Assembly (NCBI GenBank): GCA_005888595.1
Contig: VBAL01000111.1
Location: 9,450-50,317 of the forward strand
DNA length: 40,868 nt
Source: Candidatus Segetimicrobium genomatis
GTDB taxonomy: Bacteria > Sysuimicrobiota > Sysuimicrobiia > Sysuimicrobiales > Kaftiobacteriaceae
Direction of reading: 5' to 3'
Part shown: positions 1 to 10,403 of the stretch, in pieces
Layout of the letters: every line of letters starts with the position of its first letter
Numbering within the stretch: position 1 is the stretch's first letter
Translations under genes and position numbers: made by a program
Notes under the pieces: generated by a model
Database searches by the model: none
Seen by the model: the letters and a program-made list of their open reading frames with translations, nothing else
What the model was told of the DNA's origin: nothing

Positions 1-1199
<1,199 letters not shown>

Positions 1200-1216
1200 T
1201 CACCTCCACGCGAATA

Positions 1217-1291
1217 CGGGGTCAGGGAATCGGGATCAGGGGTCCGAACCAGACTCCGTATCGGCTCCCGGATCCCGGCTCCCGCGTCCCG
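1217..1291. repeat. Inverted pair of degenerate heptamer arrays (GGGRTC-like / GGMTCCC)
   Basis: cggggtc agggaat cgggatc aggggtc ... ggctccc ggatccc ggctccc gcgtccc, between groES and groEL. Confidence 0.7.
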
Positions 1292-1297
1292 CTGTTG

Positions 1298-1615
1298 CTA
1301 CTTCTTGCCGGCCGTCACGGGCTCGCGCTCAAAGACAGCCAGAATGTCGCTGTGCCGCAGGATCAGGTGTTCAACTGTATCGATCTTGAATTCGGTCCCG
1401 GAATACTTCGCATAGAGGACCTGATCGCCCACCTTGACGTCCAGGGGCAGTCGCTTCTCGCCCTCCTCGTCCCACTCTCCCGGACCGACGGCTACGATCT
1501 CACCGCGCTGGGGCTTCTCCTTAGCGGTGTCGGGCAGCACAATCCCGCTCTTGGTCCGGTCCTCGTCCTCCATGGGCTTGACCAGCACGCGGTCTCCAAG
1601 GGGCCGCAACTTCAT
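1298..1615 (-). CDS. groES: Co-chaperonin GroES
   Basis: [13 protein letters not shown]...[23 protein letters not shown]; GAGGA RBS upstream. Confidence 0.98.
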   Translation of the reverse strand: MKLRPLGDRVLVKPMEDEDRTKSGIVLPDTAKEKPQRGEIVAVGPGEWDEEGEKRLPLDVKVGDQVLYAKYSGTEFKIDTVEHLILRHSDILAVFEREPVTAGKK

Positions 1616-1640
1616 AGGTATTCCTCCTCTACGGCACGGA

Positions 1641-1667
1641 TTAGCACTCGAGGCTTGTGAGTGCTAG
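1641..1667. promoter_or_regulatory. CIRCE element (HrcA operator)
   Basis: TTAGCACTC-gaggcttgt-GAGTGCTAG: one mismatch to TTAGCACTC-N9-GAGTGCTAA, located just upstream of groES. Confidence 0.95.
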
Positions 1668-1675
1668 GCACCACT

Positions 1676-1704
1676 ATCTTAGAGGGGTCTTGCCTCTCGT
1701 TCAA
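1676..1704 (-). promoter_or_regulatory. SigA-type promoter of groESL
   Basis: Minus strand TTGAAC-17 nt-TAAGAT immediately upstream of the CIRCE element. Confidence 0.75.
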
Positions 1705-1867
1705 GCCCATTCGGCGTGATCATCTCCCAAGTGTGGGGATCGTCCCCGGGGCCGCTTGGGCCCTCCTGGAGGTTACCGGCCCTTGCGTTCGCGCCACGAG
1801 CGTCTGCAGGTGTAAGCCGTCCGGGGCGGGGGCATGCAGAGAGTACCCACGGTTCCGGAGGCGCTGG

Positions 1868-4084
1868 ATGGTGGACACGGCCGGCGAGCAGGCGGGCGCC
1901 GGGCTTCAGATCGTCGCGGGGCTATTGGCCCTCGGTATGGTCGCCGGGCTGGCCGCCCGATTGATCCCCGCAATCATCGCAGTGCCGGCCGTCGCCGGGG
2001 CTGCGCTCTTACTAGCTGCGCGAGCCATCATGCGGTCGCGTGCAGCGGCCGCTTCGTCCACCGAGGCACACTCCATCCGCAAAGCCGTTGCCGCCAGTGG
2101 CACGCTCCTTCGCACCCTGGACGAGACCCGGGTGCTGCGGGCCGCGGCGGAAGCCGGCGCGCGATTGAGTGCGCACGCCGGCGGCAGCCTAGTCTATCTG
2201 ATCGGGGATGGAGGCAGTGCCGCTCTCAAGAGCACATGGGGGTTGGACGGACCGATGCAGGAACAGGCAGAACTCCCGCCGCTGGACGCCGACGTGGCTG
2301 AGGCCGCCTCGACGCGGAAGACGTTCATCATTTCCCTGCACGGGGCCGGCGGCGCATACCGGTCAGCCTGCATGCTCCCACTGCAAGGCAAATCTGCGCT
2401 GCTGGGGGTGCTCGTGCTGCTGAGCCAGAAAACCCCCTCCGCCTTCCGGCCGGAGATCCCGATGCTGGAATACTTCGCGGCGCAGACGGCGTTGGCCATC
2501 GACAACGCGCGACTGTATGGGCAGGTGCAGGACATGTTTATCTCTTCGATCACCGCCCTGGCAGCGGCGGTCGACGCTAAAGATGCCTACACCCACGGGC
2601 ACTCCGAAGACATCGCCGACCTGGCTACGATGATCGCCCGCGAACTCCAGCTGTCGCTGCAGGAAATCGAGAAAGTGCGGCTGGCCGGCCTCCTACACGA
2701 CGTGGGCAAGATTGGCGTTCCCGATGCCATCTTGCGCAAACCAGGAAAACTCGATCCGGCAGAGAGGGCCGTCATGATGACCCATGTGACACTGGGCGCC
2801 TCCATCATCGATAAGCCCGGTCCGCTCCGAGACCTCGTGGCCATCGTGCGCCACCACCATGAACACTTTGATGGCCACGGCTATCCCGACGGCCTCCGCG
2901 GCAGCGAAATTCCCATCGGATCTGCGATCCTGGCGGTGGCGGATGCCTTCGACGAGATGACCAGCCACCGTGCCTACCATACCGCCCGACCTGTCGCTGC
3001 AGCCTTGGTGGAACTGGAGCACCATGCAGGAACGCAGTTCCACCCGCAGGTCGTGGACGCGCTGGCCCGCATCGTGGCCAGGGAACGCGAAACTGGGTCG
3101 AACTGGATCCGGGCCTTGGAAACTCGGATCATCAATCCACCCACGATCCCGGCATCGGGTGACCGGCCCCCGGCGGAGTCAGGAGACGCCGCCCTGGTCT
3201 GGCAGCTGAGCCAGCAGTTACGCGATGCCGACGACCTGCCGCAGTTGTTAACTTCCCTCACCGCTACGACTGCGAAGCTGCTTCCGTGTGCGCGCTGCGC
3301 GGTACTGCTGCTGGATGAACGGGGCGCGACCCTGTCGGTCGAAGCAGCGACGTCGGAGGATCCTGCGCCAGGAACGGTGTTTCCTCGGAGCCGGTCGCCA
3401 CTGTGGCAAGCGGTGGAGCAACACGCGGCTCAACGGACAGGCGAGCACTCCGAGGTATACATGCCGCTGATGTCGGGAGGGCAGCCTGTGGGCGTCCTGC
3501 AGGCCGGAGAGGTCGACCGAGATGCAGAGCGGTTGCTGGCCGTCATCGCTGAAACCGCAGCGCCGGTGGTGCAGGCCGCTCTCTTGCGGGATCGGGCTGA
3601 GCGATCGGCCGCCGCCGACGAACTCACGGGTCTTCTCAATCGCCGCGCGCTCGTGGCCCGTCTCTACCAAGAGGCGGCGCGGCACAAGCGATACGGGACC
3701 CGCTTTACGCTGGTCCTGGCGGATATCATCGGCCTGGCACCGTTCAATGCGCAGCACGGCTACGACGCCGGGGACGATCTCGTCCGCCGCACGGCGGAGC
3801 TCCTGGCGGCTAACATCCGCCAGGTCGATTTTCCGGCTCGGCTGCAGGGCGGAACGCTGGCCTTGTTTATGCCTGAACTTGATCGCACGGAGGCGGAGCG
3901 TGCCGTTCGCCGTCTACAGGCCATGGTAAACGAGCGAGAGGTCACAATCCTGGGACGGTTCATGCGCGCCCAACCACTGCGCTGGGCGATCGCCGGCTGC
4001 CCGCAGGACGGGACCGATGCCGACGCTCTCCTGGCGGTCGCAGAGCGCCGTCTTCGCGCAGAACCCGAACCATCTCCCCACTGA
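1868..4084 (+). CDS. Membrane-anchored GAF / HD-GYP / GAF / degenerate GGDEF c-di-GMP signalling protein
   Basis: Two N-terminal hydrophobic helices; GAF end (ALAIDNARLY); HD-GYP motifs HDVGK and HHEHFDGHGYPDGL; C-terminal DELTGLLNRR and NAQHGYDAGD, but QGGTL in place of GGDEF. ATG 1868 has a GGAGG RBS. Confidence 0.9.
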   Translation: MVDTAGEQAGAGLQIVAGLLALGMVAGLAARLIPAIIAVPAVAGAALLLAARAIMRSRAAAASSTEAHSIRKAVAASGTLLRTLDETRVLRAAAEAGARLSAHAGGSLVYLIGDGGSAALKSTWGLDGPMQEQAELPPLDADVAEAASTRKTFIISLHGAGGAYRSACMLPLQGKSALLGVLVLLSQKTPSAFRPEIPMLEYFAAQTALAIDNARLYGQVQDMFISSITALAAAVDAKDAYTHGHSEDIADLATMIARELQLSLQEIEKVRLAGLLHDVGKIGVPDAILRKPGKLDPAERAVMMTHVTLGASIIDKPGPLRDLVAIVRHHHEHFDGHGYPDGLRGSEIPIGSAILAVADAFDEMTSHRAYHTARPVAAALVELEHHAGTQFHPQVVDALARIVARERETGSNWIRALETRIINPPTIPASGDRPPAESGDAALVWQLSQQLRDADDLPQLLTSLTATTAKLLPCARCAVLLLDERGATLSVEAATSEDPAPGTVFPRSRSPLWQAVEQHAAQRTGEHSEVYMPLMSGGQPVGVLQAGEVDRDAERLLAVIAETAAPVVQAALLRDRAERSAAADELTGLLNRRALVARLYQEAARHKRYGTRFTLVLADIIGLAPFNAQHGYDAGDDLVRRTAELLAANIRQVDFPARLQGGTLALFMPELDRTEAERAVRRLQAMVNEREVTILGRFMRAQPLRWAIAGCPQDGTDADALLAVAERRLRAEPEPSPH

Positions 4085-4153
4085 CGAACGTCCCGGCTAC
4101 CGCCACGATCACTCCAGGAGAACTCCGGACCACGCAAGCCATTGTAGGAAGCC

Positions 4154-4198
4154 TTACGCACAGAGTTATACACATTATCCACAGGCCCGTTGTCCCCA
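4154..4198 (+). promoter_or_regulatory. Cluster of co-oriented DnaA-box-like 9-mers
   Basis: TTACGCACA (4154), TTATACACA (4166), TTATCCACA (4175, perfect) and TTGTCCCCA (4190). Confidence 0.65.
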
Positions 4199-4230
4199 CC
4201 AACGCCGGCATAAATCCGAACTGATAGGAA

Positions 4231-5277
4231 TCAGGGTGAAGAATTGTTCGGGGTTTGCTCCAACGAAAGGTCGCTGTAGGCGCCCAACCCCAGGTCGGAC
4301 CGGTAACCGCGGGTGAGACGGTAATATCCTGCGGCAGCGATCATGACGGCGTTGTCGGTGCACAGCAGTGGGGGAGGCACCACCAGCCGGTATCCCGCGG
4401 CGGCGCACGCGCGCTCTACTTCGGCCCGGAGCAGGGTGTTCGCTGCTACTCCACCGACGACGATCACGGTCTTGACCCCCAGCGACCGGGCCGCCCGCAT
4501 CGTCTTATCCACGAGCACTTCGACCACGACCCGTTGAAAACCCGCAGCGAGATTGGCCTTGAACTGACCGTCTCCGGCGGCCGCGGCGTACAGCCTTCGC
4601 AGCGCCGCCGTTTTGATCCCGCTGAAGGAGAACTCCAGGGAGTCGTCTACCCGGCCTGAGCTGCGTCGAAAGGCCATCGGCGCCGGCAGCGGGACGGCGC
4701 GCGGATCTCCCATGCGGGCCAGCCGATCGATCTCGGGCCCGCCGGGATATCCCAGACCCATGGCGCGAGCGATCTTGTCAAATGCCTCGCCGGCGGCGTC
4801 GTCCCGGGTCCTGCCAAGAACGTGGTACTGTCCGTGGTCGGGCATGCCGACGAGATCGGTATGAGCTCCGGACACGACAAGGGCCAGGGCTGGAAACGGC
4901 AGGTCCGGGTCGGTGAGGAACGCCGCGTAGATATGCCCCTCCAGGTGGTTCACGCCAACAAGTGGCCGATCGAGGCTCAGGGCGAGGGACTTCGCCGCGG
5001 CCACCCCCACGGCCAGCGCGCCAACCAACCCTGGGCCGTACGTGACCGCGACGGCGTCAAGGTCCCGGAGCGCAACGCCGGACTGCTCCAGGGCTTCGTC
5101 GATTACGGGGAGCAGGCGTTCGATGTGCTTGCGGGACGCGAGTTCGGGCACCACACCGCCAAACCGGCGATGGAGGTCGGCCTGCGAGGCGATGACGTTG
5201 CTCTCGATGATCCGGCCATCCCTGACCACGGCGGCCGCGGTCTCATCGCACGAGGTTTCGATGCCGAGAATGAGCAT
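4231..5277 (-). CDS. tsaD: tRNA N6-adenosine threonylcarbamoyltransferase TsaD
   Basis: ILGIETSCDET, GGVVPELASRKH, HLEGH, DDAAGEAFDK and TDNAVMIA motifs. Confidence 0.98.
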   Translation of the reverse strand: MLILGIETSCDETAAAVVRDGRIIESNVIASQADLHRRFGGVVPELASRKHIERLLPVIDEALEQSGVALRDLDAVAVTYGPGLVGALAVGVAAAKSLALSLDRPLVGVNHLEGHIYAAFLTDPDLPFPALALVVSGAHTDLVGMPDHGQYHVLGRTRDDAAGEAFDKIARAMGLGYPGGPEIDRLARMGDPRAVPLPAPMAFRRSSGRVDDSLEFSFSGIKTAALRRLYAAAAGDGQFKANLAAGFQRVVVEVLVDKTMRAARSLGVKTVIVVGGVAANTLLRAEVERACAAAGYRLVVPPPLLCTDNAVMIAAAGYYRLTRGYRSDLGLGAYSDLSLEQTPNNSSP

Positions 5278-5281
5278 AAGT

Positions 5282-5400
5282 TAGTGAATAGTGAATCGTG
5301 AATAGTGAATAGGTTAGGACCTATCCGTTCCCCCGGCCGGCCTCGGATCCTCGGCAGCCGTTAGCTATTCACTATTCACCATTCACCATTCACTATTCAC
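5282..5400. repeat. Inverted heptamer arrays (TAGTGAA)n ... (CTATTCA)n
   Basis: tagtgaa tagtgaa tcgtgaa tagtgaa ... ctattca ctattca ccattca ccattca ctattca. The rimI stop lies in the right arm. Confidence 0.9.
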
Positions 5401-5914
5401 TGTTCTGTTCGAGTTCCGCCCGCATCTTGGCCAGTTTCTGTTGATACTCCCGTTCCTGCAAATTTCCACTCCACATTACAATGGCGTCCTCGCGGTTGTC
5501 GCTGTAGTACCCTTTCCGGACGCCGATCTCTCGGAAGCCGTATTTCTTGTACAGCGTCTGCGCCGTGGCGTTCGACTGGCGCACTTCCAGAGTCATCCAG
5601 CGTGCGCCGCGTCCAAGGGCGGCGTCGATCAACCCCACCAACAGCCGTTCACCGACGTGCTGCCCGCGAAATGCGGGGTCCACCGCGATCGTGGTGATGT
5701 GCGCTTCATCGAGGATCACCCACATCCCGGCATAGCCCACGATCTCCGCGTCCGCCCGGGCGACGATGTATGCCGCCAGCCGGTTCTCGGTGAGTTCGTG
5801 CGTATAGGCGTCCCGTGGCCACGGCGTGCGGAACGACTCCCGCTCGATCTCCACCACGCGGGGAACGTCTTCCAACCGCATCGCTTCCAATGACACCCGT
5901 GTAATCTGCTTCAT
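5393..5914 (-). CDS. rimI: Ribosomal-protein-alanine N-acetyltransferase RimI
   Basis: EAHITTIAV, TLEVRQSN and RKGYYSDNREDAIVM motifs; tsaB-rimI-tsaD synteny. Confidence 0.95.
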   Translation of the reverse strand: MKQITRVSLEAMRLEDVPRVVEIERESFRTPWPRDAYTHELTENRLAAYIVARADAEIVGYAGMWVILDEAHITTIAVDPAFRGQHVGERLLVGLIDAALGRGARWMTLEVRQSNATAQTLYKKYGFREIGVRKGYYSDNREDAIVMWSGNLQEREYQQKLAKMRAELEQNSE

Positions 5915-5917
5915 CGG

Positions 5918-6583
5918 CTAGGCTTGATCTACCGGCGCCCGCGCGTATATGGGCCAGAGCCGGTACAGATCATCCTGTTCGCCGCGGGCCAGCCGGTCCC
6001 ATCCTAGGCGTCCGACCGAGACCGCCGTCGGAGACCACTGCGCGCGCGGGGCCAGCACGGCATCGGGTCGCATCGCGGTGACCGCGTCCGCATACCTCGC
6101 CAGCGCGTCCCCGCTGAACGTCAGCGGCCCTGCCGGAAGCCGCTCCACGACGTGCGCGACCGGTCCGACGATGTCGTCCATGATCCTGTGGATCGAACCG
6201 TCGCGCGTATAGAGCGCACCCGCCACCTCCCCGCGGCGCACATCCAGCATCGCACACACCAGGCCGGCCGCGTGGGTGCCGAGGGCGACGGCGTCAAGCG
6301 TCGGGACGCCAGCCGCAGGAATCCCCTTCGCCCGGGCCCACGTGATCGCTGTGGCAATGCCGATGCGCAAACTCGTAAAGGATCCGGGACCCGTTGAGAC
6401 CGCCACTGCTTCCACCTGGGCCACTGTCCATCCGGTGGTCTCGAGTAGCTGCCGGAGCGCCGGGGCCAGCCACTCCAGGTGCCGCCGGGGGACGAACTCG
6501 GTGATCACAGCGACGGGATCGCCGTCCTGCAATAGCGCGACGCTGCCCAGGCTCGTCGCGGTCTCTATCGCGAGGATCCTCAT
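5918..6583 (-). CDS. tsaB: t6A biosynthesis protein TsaB
   Basis: MRILAIETAT...GPGSFTSLRIG...LDVRRGEV; start placed at ATG 6583. Confidence 0.95.
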   Translation of the reverse strand: MRILAIETATSLGSVALLQDGDPVAVITEFVPRRHLEWLAPALRQLLETTGWTVAQVEAVAVSTGPGSFTSLRIGIATAITWARAKGIPAAGVPTLDAVALGTHAAGLVCAMLDVRRGEVAGALYTRDGSIHRIMDDIVGPVAHVVERLPAGPLTFSGDALARYADAVTAMRPDAVLAPRAQWSPTAVSVGRLGWDRLARGEQDDLYRLWPIYARAPVDQA

Positions 6584-6595
6584 TGATCTGCACGA

Positions 6596-6665
6596 CGTGA
6601 TTGGTGATTCGTCGATCTCCGGACTTTCGTGGGTTCGAATCACGAATCACAAATCACGAATCACG
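6596..6665. repeat. Inverted heptamer arrays (GTGATTC)n ... (GAATCAC)n
   Basis: gtgattg gtgattc ... gaatcac gaatcac aaatcac gaatcac; contains the tsaE stop. Confidence 0.85.
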
Positions 6666-7239
6666 CTTTTGTCAGTTTCTCGATAATCTCGACGTAGCGC
6701 GCTCCCTTCGGCGAAAAGGCCAGCTCGCGCGTGTCCTCACCGTTCATAAACCGAATGGTGATCCATAGATGTTCCGGGGGGAGCAGCGGTCGGGCTTTTT
6801 CCGCCCACTCCAGCACGACGATCCCGTTGCCGTCCAGAATCTCATCCAGCCCGAGGTCCTCGAGCTGCTGGGGACGGTCGAGCCGGTACAGGTCGGCGTG
6901 GTAGATGGTCACTGGACCGTGATATTCGCGCAGAAACGTGAACGTGGGGCTGGCGACATGACCGGCCGCACCGGCCCCCGCCGCAATCCCGCGGGCCAGA
7001 ACGGTCTTCCCGGCGCCGAGGTCTCCTGACAGCGCGATCACATCCCCGGCCCGCAGCAGGCCGCCCAGGCGGCGGCCCAGGGCCTCGGTTTCTTCAGGGG
7101 TCGCCGTGTGCAGGCGTAGTTCTAATGCGCGGCCCGAGACCGATTCGCGATCCGGGGTTCGAGGTTCGGGGTTCGGCAAAATCAGCCCCACTCCAGAGAG
7201 GGGCCGCGACCGCGCCTCAGCGCGCCAAGGGGCGGACAC
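6661..7239 (-). CDS. tsaE: t6A biosynthesis ATPase TsaE (start uncertain)
   Basis: LSGDLGAGKT, SPTFT, HADLYRL and LEWAE motifs. The N-terminal ~40 aa are non-conserved and partly repeat-derived. Confidence 0.93.
   Translation of the reverse strand: MSAPWRAEARSRPLSGVGLILPNPEPRTPDRESVSGRALELRLHTATPEETEALGRRLGGLLRAGDVIALSGDLGAGKTVLARGIAAGAGAAGHVASPTFTFLREYHGPVTIYHADLYRLDRPQQLEDLGLDEILDGNGIVVLEWAEKARPLLPPEHLWITIRFMNGEDTRELAFSPKGARYVEIIEKLTKA
7142..7176. repeat. Single-arm heptamer array (GGTTCGR)n
   Basis: gattcgc gatccgg ggttcga ggttcgg ggttcgg. Confidence 0.6.
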
Positions 7240-8557
7240 GAAGGCGCAGACCCTCCACGCCGACGACCGTGACGCGATCGCCCTGCCGGATCGTCGCCTT
7301 ATCTTCTGCCTCAGCCGTCCACATCTCGCCCTGCGCGTAGACTATCCCCTCAGGATTCAAGTCAGTCCGGGCCACGCCGCTTGCGCCCGCCAAACCTTCC
7401 CGGCCGCTGCGGACCTTCGCGCGCTGCGCGCGCACGCCGGCGCCCACCGCGAACAGGAAGAACGCGCCCGTGAGCAGGGCCGTGAACGCGGCCAGCTTCA
7501 GCGACACCTGCAGGAACGGCGATTGCCGTTCGGTCAGCAGCAGCGCGCCAAAGAAAAACGCCAGGATGCCGCCGATGGTGAGCACCCCATGCCCCGGCAC
7601 CTTGAGATCAGCGATGAAAAACAGGACCGACAATGCGATCAGGGCCAGCCCCGCCACGTTGACCTGCAGGATGGCAAACGAAGCCAGCGCTAGAATCAAC
7701 GCGATCGCGCCGACCACCCCCGGCAGGATGGCGCCGGGATTGCCGAGCTCGAAGATAATCCCGTAGATGGCGATGGTCATCAAGATCAGCCCGACGTTGG
7801 GGTCACTGAGCAGGTCGAGCAAGCGCTCGCCGGGATCCATCGCGATGTTGCGCAGGACCGCGTGGCCGGTCGCCAGGCGCACCGGACCGGTTTCGGTCTC
7901 TACTTCACGGCCGTCAATCTTTCTGAGCAGATCCGGCACGTCCACCGCCACGAGATCGACGACGTTCAGCCTCACCGCCTCTTCTTCGTCGATGGACACG
8001 CTCTCGCGCACCGCCTTCTCGGCCCAGTCCGCATTCCGGCTGCGCCGGCGCGCGATGGCCCGAATGTTGGCCACGGCGTCGTTCGTGACCTTCTCCATCA
8101 TCGTCTGGTCCTGCTGGCCGCCCTGGCCCACGGACACAGGATGGGCCGCGCCCAGGTGCGTCGCCGGCGCCATCGCCGCAACGTGGGCCGCGTAGGTGAC
8201 AAAGACGCCTGCCGACGCCGCTCGCGCCCCTTTGGGGCTGATGTAGACGATGACCGGCACCCGGGCATTGAGCATGGCCTTCGTAATGTCATCCATGGAC
8301 TTGAGCAGCCCCCCGGGGGTGTCCAGCTCGATCAGCAACGCGGCGGCGTTCGACTCCTCGGCCTCGCGGATCGCGCGCTGGATGAAGCGGGCACTACTGG
8401 GCGCAATGATGCCCTCGACGCGAATACGAAACACCGTCGCCGCCTCGCCCGCTGCGGCGGCTGCGTCTCGGGCCAGCAGCGGGGCGGCACAGGCGACCAC
8501 CAGTGCGGCAAGGACCGCCGCGCCTCTCCACCACGGATTGTTACTGAATCTGGTCAT
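7217..8557 (-). CDS. nfeD: Long-form NfeD membrane-bound serine protease (ClpP-class)
   Basis: Signal peptide; LDTPGG, AASAG and GAAHPV motifs; transmembrane region; C-terminal OB-fold (GEMWTA). Confidence 0.92.
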   Translation of the reverse strand: MTRFSNNPWWRGAAVLAALVVACAAPLLARDAAAAAGEAATVFRIRVEGIIAPSSARFIQRAIREAEESNAAALLIELDTPGGLLKSMDDITKAMLNARVPVIVYISPKGARAASAGVFVTYAAHVAAMAPATHLGAAHPVSVGQGGQQDQTMMEKVTNDAVANIRAIARRRSRNADWAEKAVRESVSIDEEEAVRLNVVDLVAVDVPDLLRKIDGREVETETGPVRLATGHAVLRNIAMDPGERLLDLLSDPNVGLILMTIAIYGIIFELGNPGAILPGVVGAIALILALASFAILQVNVAGLALIALSVLFFIADLKVPGHGVLTIGGILAFFFGALLLTERQSPFLQVSLKLAAFTALLTGAFFLFAVGAGVRAQRAKVRSGREGLAGASGVARTDLNPEGIVYAQGEMWTAEAEDKATIRQGDRVTVVGVEGLRLRVRPLAR

Positions 8558-10268
8558 GCTTGATCTGACCTCTTCCCCGGCTCGCAATCAACTTTGGCGA
8601 GCTACCTCCCCGACTGGATCCCTGATGCTCGTAGATGCGCGCAACGTCTTCCAGGGTGTTGATTTCGTCGGGCGTCTTGTCGTCACGGATGCGTTTGATC
8701 CGCGGAAACCGCAGCGCATAACCGCTGGGATGCCGCGGGCTGCGGGTGATGGCATCGAACGCAACCTCGAGTACGATCTTGGGCTCCACAAGTTTCACGC
8801 GACCACGATCCACCACCGTGTGCGCGCGAAACCACTCGGTCAGCGAGGCGATCTCCGCATCCGTCAACCCGCTGTAGGCCTTGCCGATGGGCGCCAGCGT
8901 CTCGCCGTTGCGCACGGCGAACGTCACATCGCTGAGCACTCCGGCCCGCTTGCCATGCCCCTGCTCTGCGGCAACCACCACGACGTCCAGCGTGGCCAGT
9001 TCTTCCTTCAACTTCATCCACTGCCGCCCCCGCTTGCCGGGCTGATAGCGGCTCTCGGGCCGCTTGATGACCAGTCCCTCGTTCCCGCGATCCCGGGCTT
9101 CACGGAAGCGGACCTCCAGGTCCTGAGGGGTGGTGGCGACCGTTGAGTTTGCCTGCTGCACCGACGCCCCCAGCCGCAGGGCGCGTAGCCTGCGCTGACG
9201 ATCCGCCAGTGGGACGTCGAGCACATCCTCGCCGTCTACGTGCAGCAGGTCGAAGGCGAACAGCATCACAGGAACCTCAGCGATCAGTTCGCTGGGGTCT
9301 TTTCGGCGTAATCGCTGCTGCAATTGCGTGAAGGGGATGGCCCGGCCGTCCCGCCAGGCCACGATCTCTCCATCGAGGATATAGCGGCCGGCCAGCGCGC
9401 GCAGATCGCCGTGCAGCTCCGGAAACGATGGGGTGATCTCATCCAGCGTGCGGCTGAAGATGGCCAGGCGCGTGCCATCGTAGTGCGCCTGGGCGCGCAC
9501 GCCATCGTACTTGTCCTCGACCAGCAGCGCCTCCGGCGGGCCTCCTCCGTCGCTGTCGCCCCGGACGGGCTCAAACGCCTCCGCGGGTGTAAAGATTGGG
9601 TCGGCTAGCATGAACCGAAAGGGGCGGAACAACTGCAGCCGGGCTTCGCCGAGGCGGCCATGCCGCGCCAGGACCGCGACGGCACCAATATCGCTGATCA
9701 GCATGTTCGCGCGGCGCACGTCATCGAGGGACCGGCCGAACGCTTTCGCCACGGCTTCCTCCAGGAGCCCCTCCTTCAGCCCGACCCGCATGTCTGAGGT
9801 GATGATGCGGACGAGATACTTCGCCTCGAGCGGATCGGCATTCTCAAACAACGACCGCATGGCTTCGAGCTTGATCTGACGGGATCCTTTGCCCGCAGAA
9901 GCGGCCAGCCGGGAGAAGATTTCGTTGACCGTGGTGAGGGTCAGCGGAGTGGGAAAGAGCGGTGCCCGCACCTTTCGCGTGAGCAGCTCGGCGGCCACCG
10001 ACCCTAGGTCGCCGTGCGTGAGGTAGCTGCTGTCCAGATCGGCCCACGACGCGCCCGCGACGTCCAGCAACGCGTCGGCGATCGCCGACCAGCCCACGTT
10101 GAGTGCCCGCCCATCGCCGGCCGGAAACGGCGAACCGGTCAGGTAGGTGCAGGCGATCTGCAACTCGCCGTCGCTGAGAGACTGCAGGTAGGCCGCCAGC
10201 AGATCAATTTTCTGGAGTTTGCTCGTCGTCCCAGAGACCGCCTCCAGGACTTCGGCGAGTGGGCGCAT
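8541..10268 (-). CDS. ATP-dependent DNA ligase with N-terminal DNA-binding domain
   Basis: EDKYDGVR (KxDG motif I), LDGEIV, FDLL, EGLVIK, WMKLK and ALRFPRI. Confidence 0.95.
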   Translation of the reverse strand: MRPLAEVLEAVSGTTSKLQKIDLLAAYLQSLSDGELQIACTYLTGSPFPAGDGRALNVGWSAIADALLDVAGASWADLDSSYLTHGDLGSVAAELLTRKVRAPLFPTPLTLTTVNEIFSRLAASAGKGSRQIKLEAMRSLFENADPLEAKYLVRIITSDMRVGLKEGLLEEAVAKAFGRSLDDVRRANMLISDIGAVAVLARHGRLGEARLQLFRPFRFMLADPIFTPAEAFEPVRGDSDGGGPPEALLVEDKYDGVRAQAHYDGTRLAIFSRTLDEITPSFPELHGDLRALAGRYILDGEIVAWRDGRAIPFTQLQQRLRRKDPSELIAEVPVMLFAFDLLHVDGEDVLDVPLADRQRRLRALRLGASVQQANSTVATTPQDLEVRFREARDRGNEGLVIKRPESRYQPGKRGRQWMKLKEELATLDVVVVAAEQGHGKRAGVLSDVTFAVRNGETLAPIGKAYSGLTDAEIASLTEWFRAHTVVDRGRVKLVEPKIVLEVAFDAITRSPRHPSGYALRFPRIKRIRDDKTPDEINTLEDVARIYEHQGSSRGGSSPKLIASRGRGQIKHDQIQ

Positions 10269-10319
10269 CCGTTTCCCCCTCTATGTGCCTGTTCATTCTA
10301 GCACGACCATTCGGGGGAG

Positions 10320-10403
10320 GATTCGAACTGCGTGATTCGTGATTCGACAAAACCACACTCTGCATTGCGAATCACGAATCACGAACCACGAGTCACGAAT
10401 CAC
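10320..10403. repeat. Inverted heptamer arrays (GTGATTC)n ... (GAATCAC)n
   Basis: gtgattc gtgattc ... gaatcac gaatcac gaaccac gagtcac gaatcac; contains the stop of the C26 peptidase gene. Confidence 0.88.

Noticed and set aside
1661-1867. N-terminal extension of the HD-GYP ORF from 1661
   Set aside because: It overlaps CIRCE and the groESL promoter; ATG 1868 has a GGAGG RBS.
4154-4198. Replication origin oriC
   Set aside because: Only about 4 boxes, no AT-rich unwinding element, and no dnaA/dnaN nearby.
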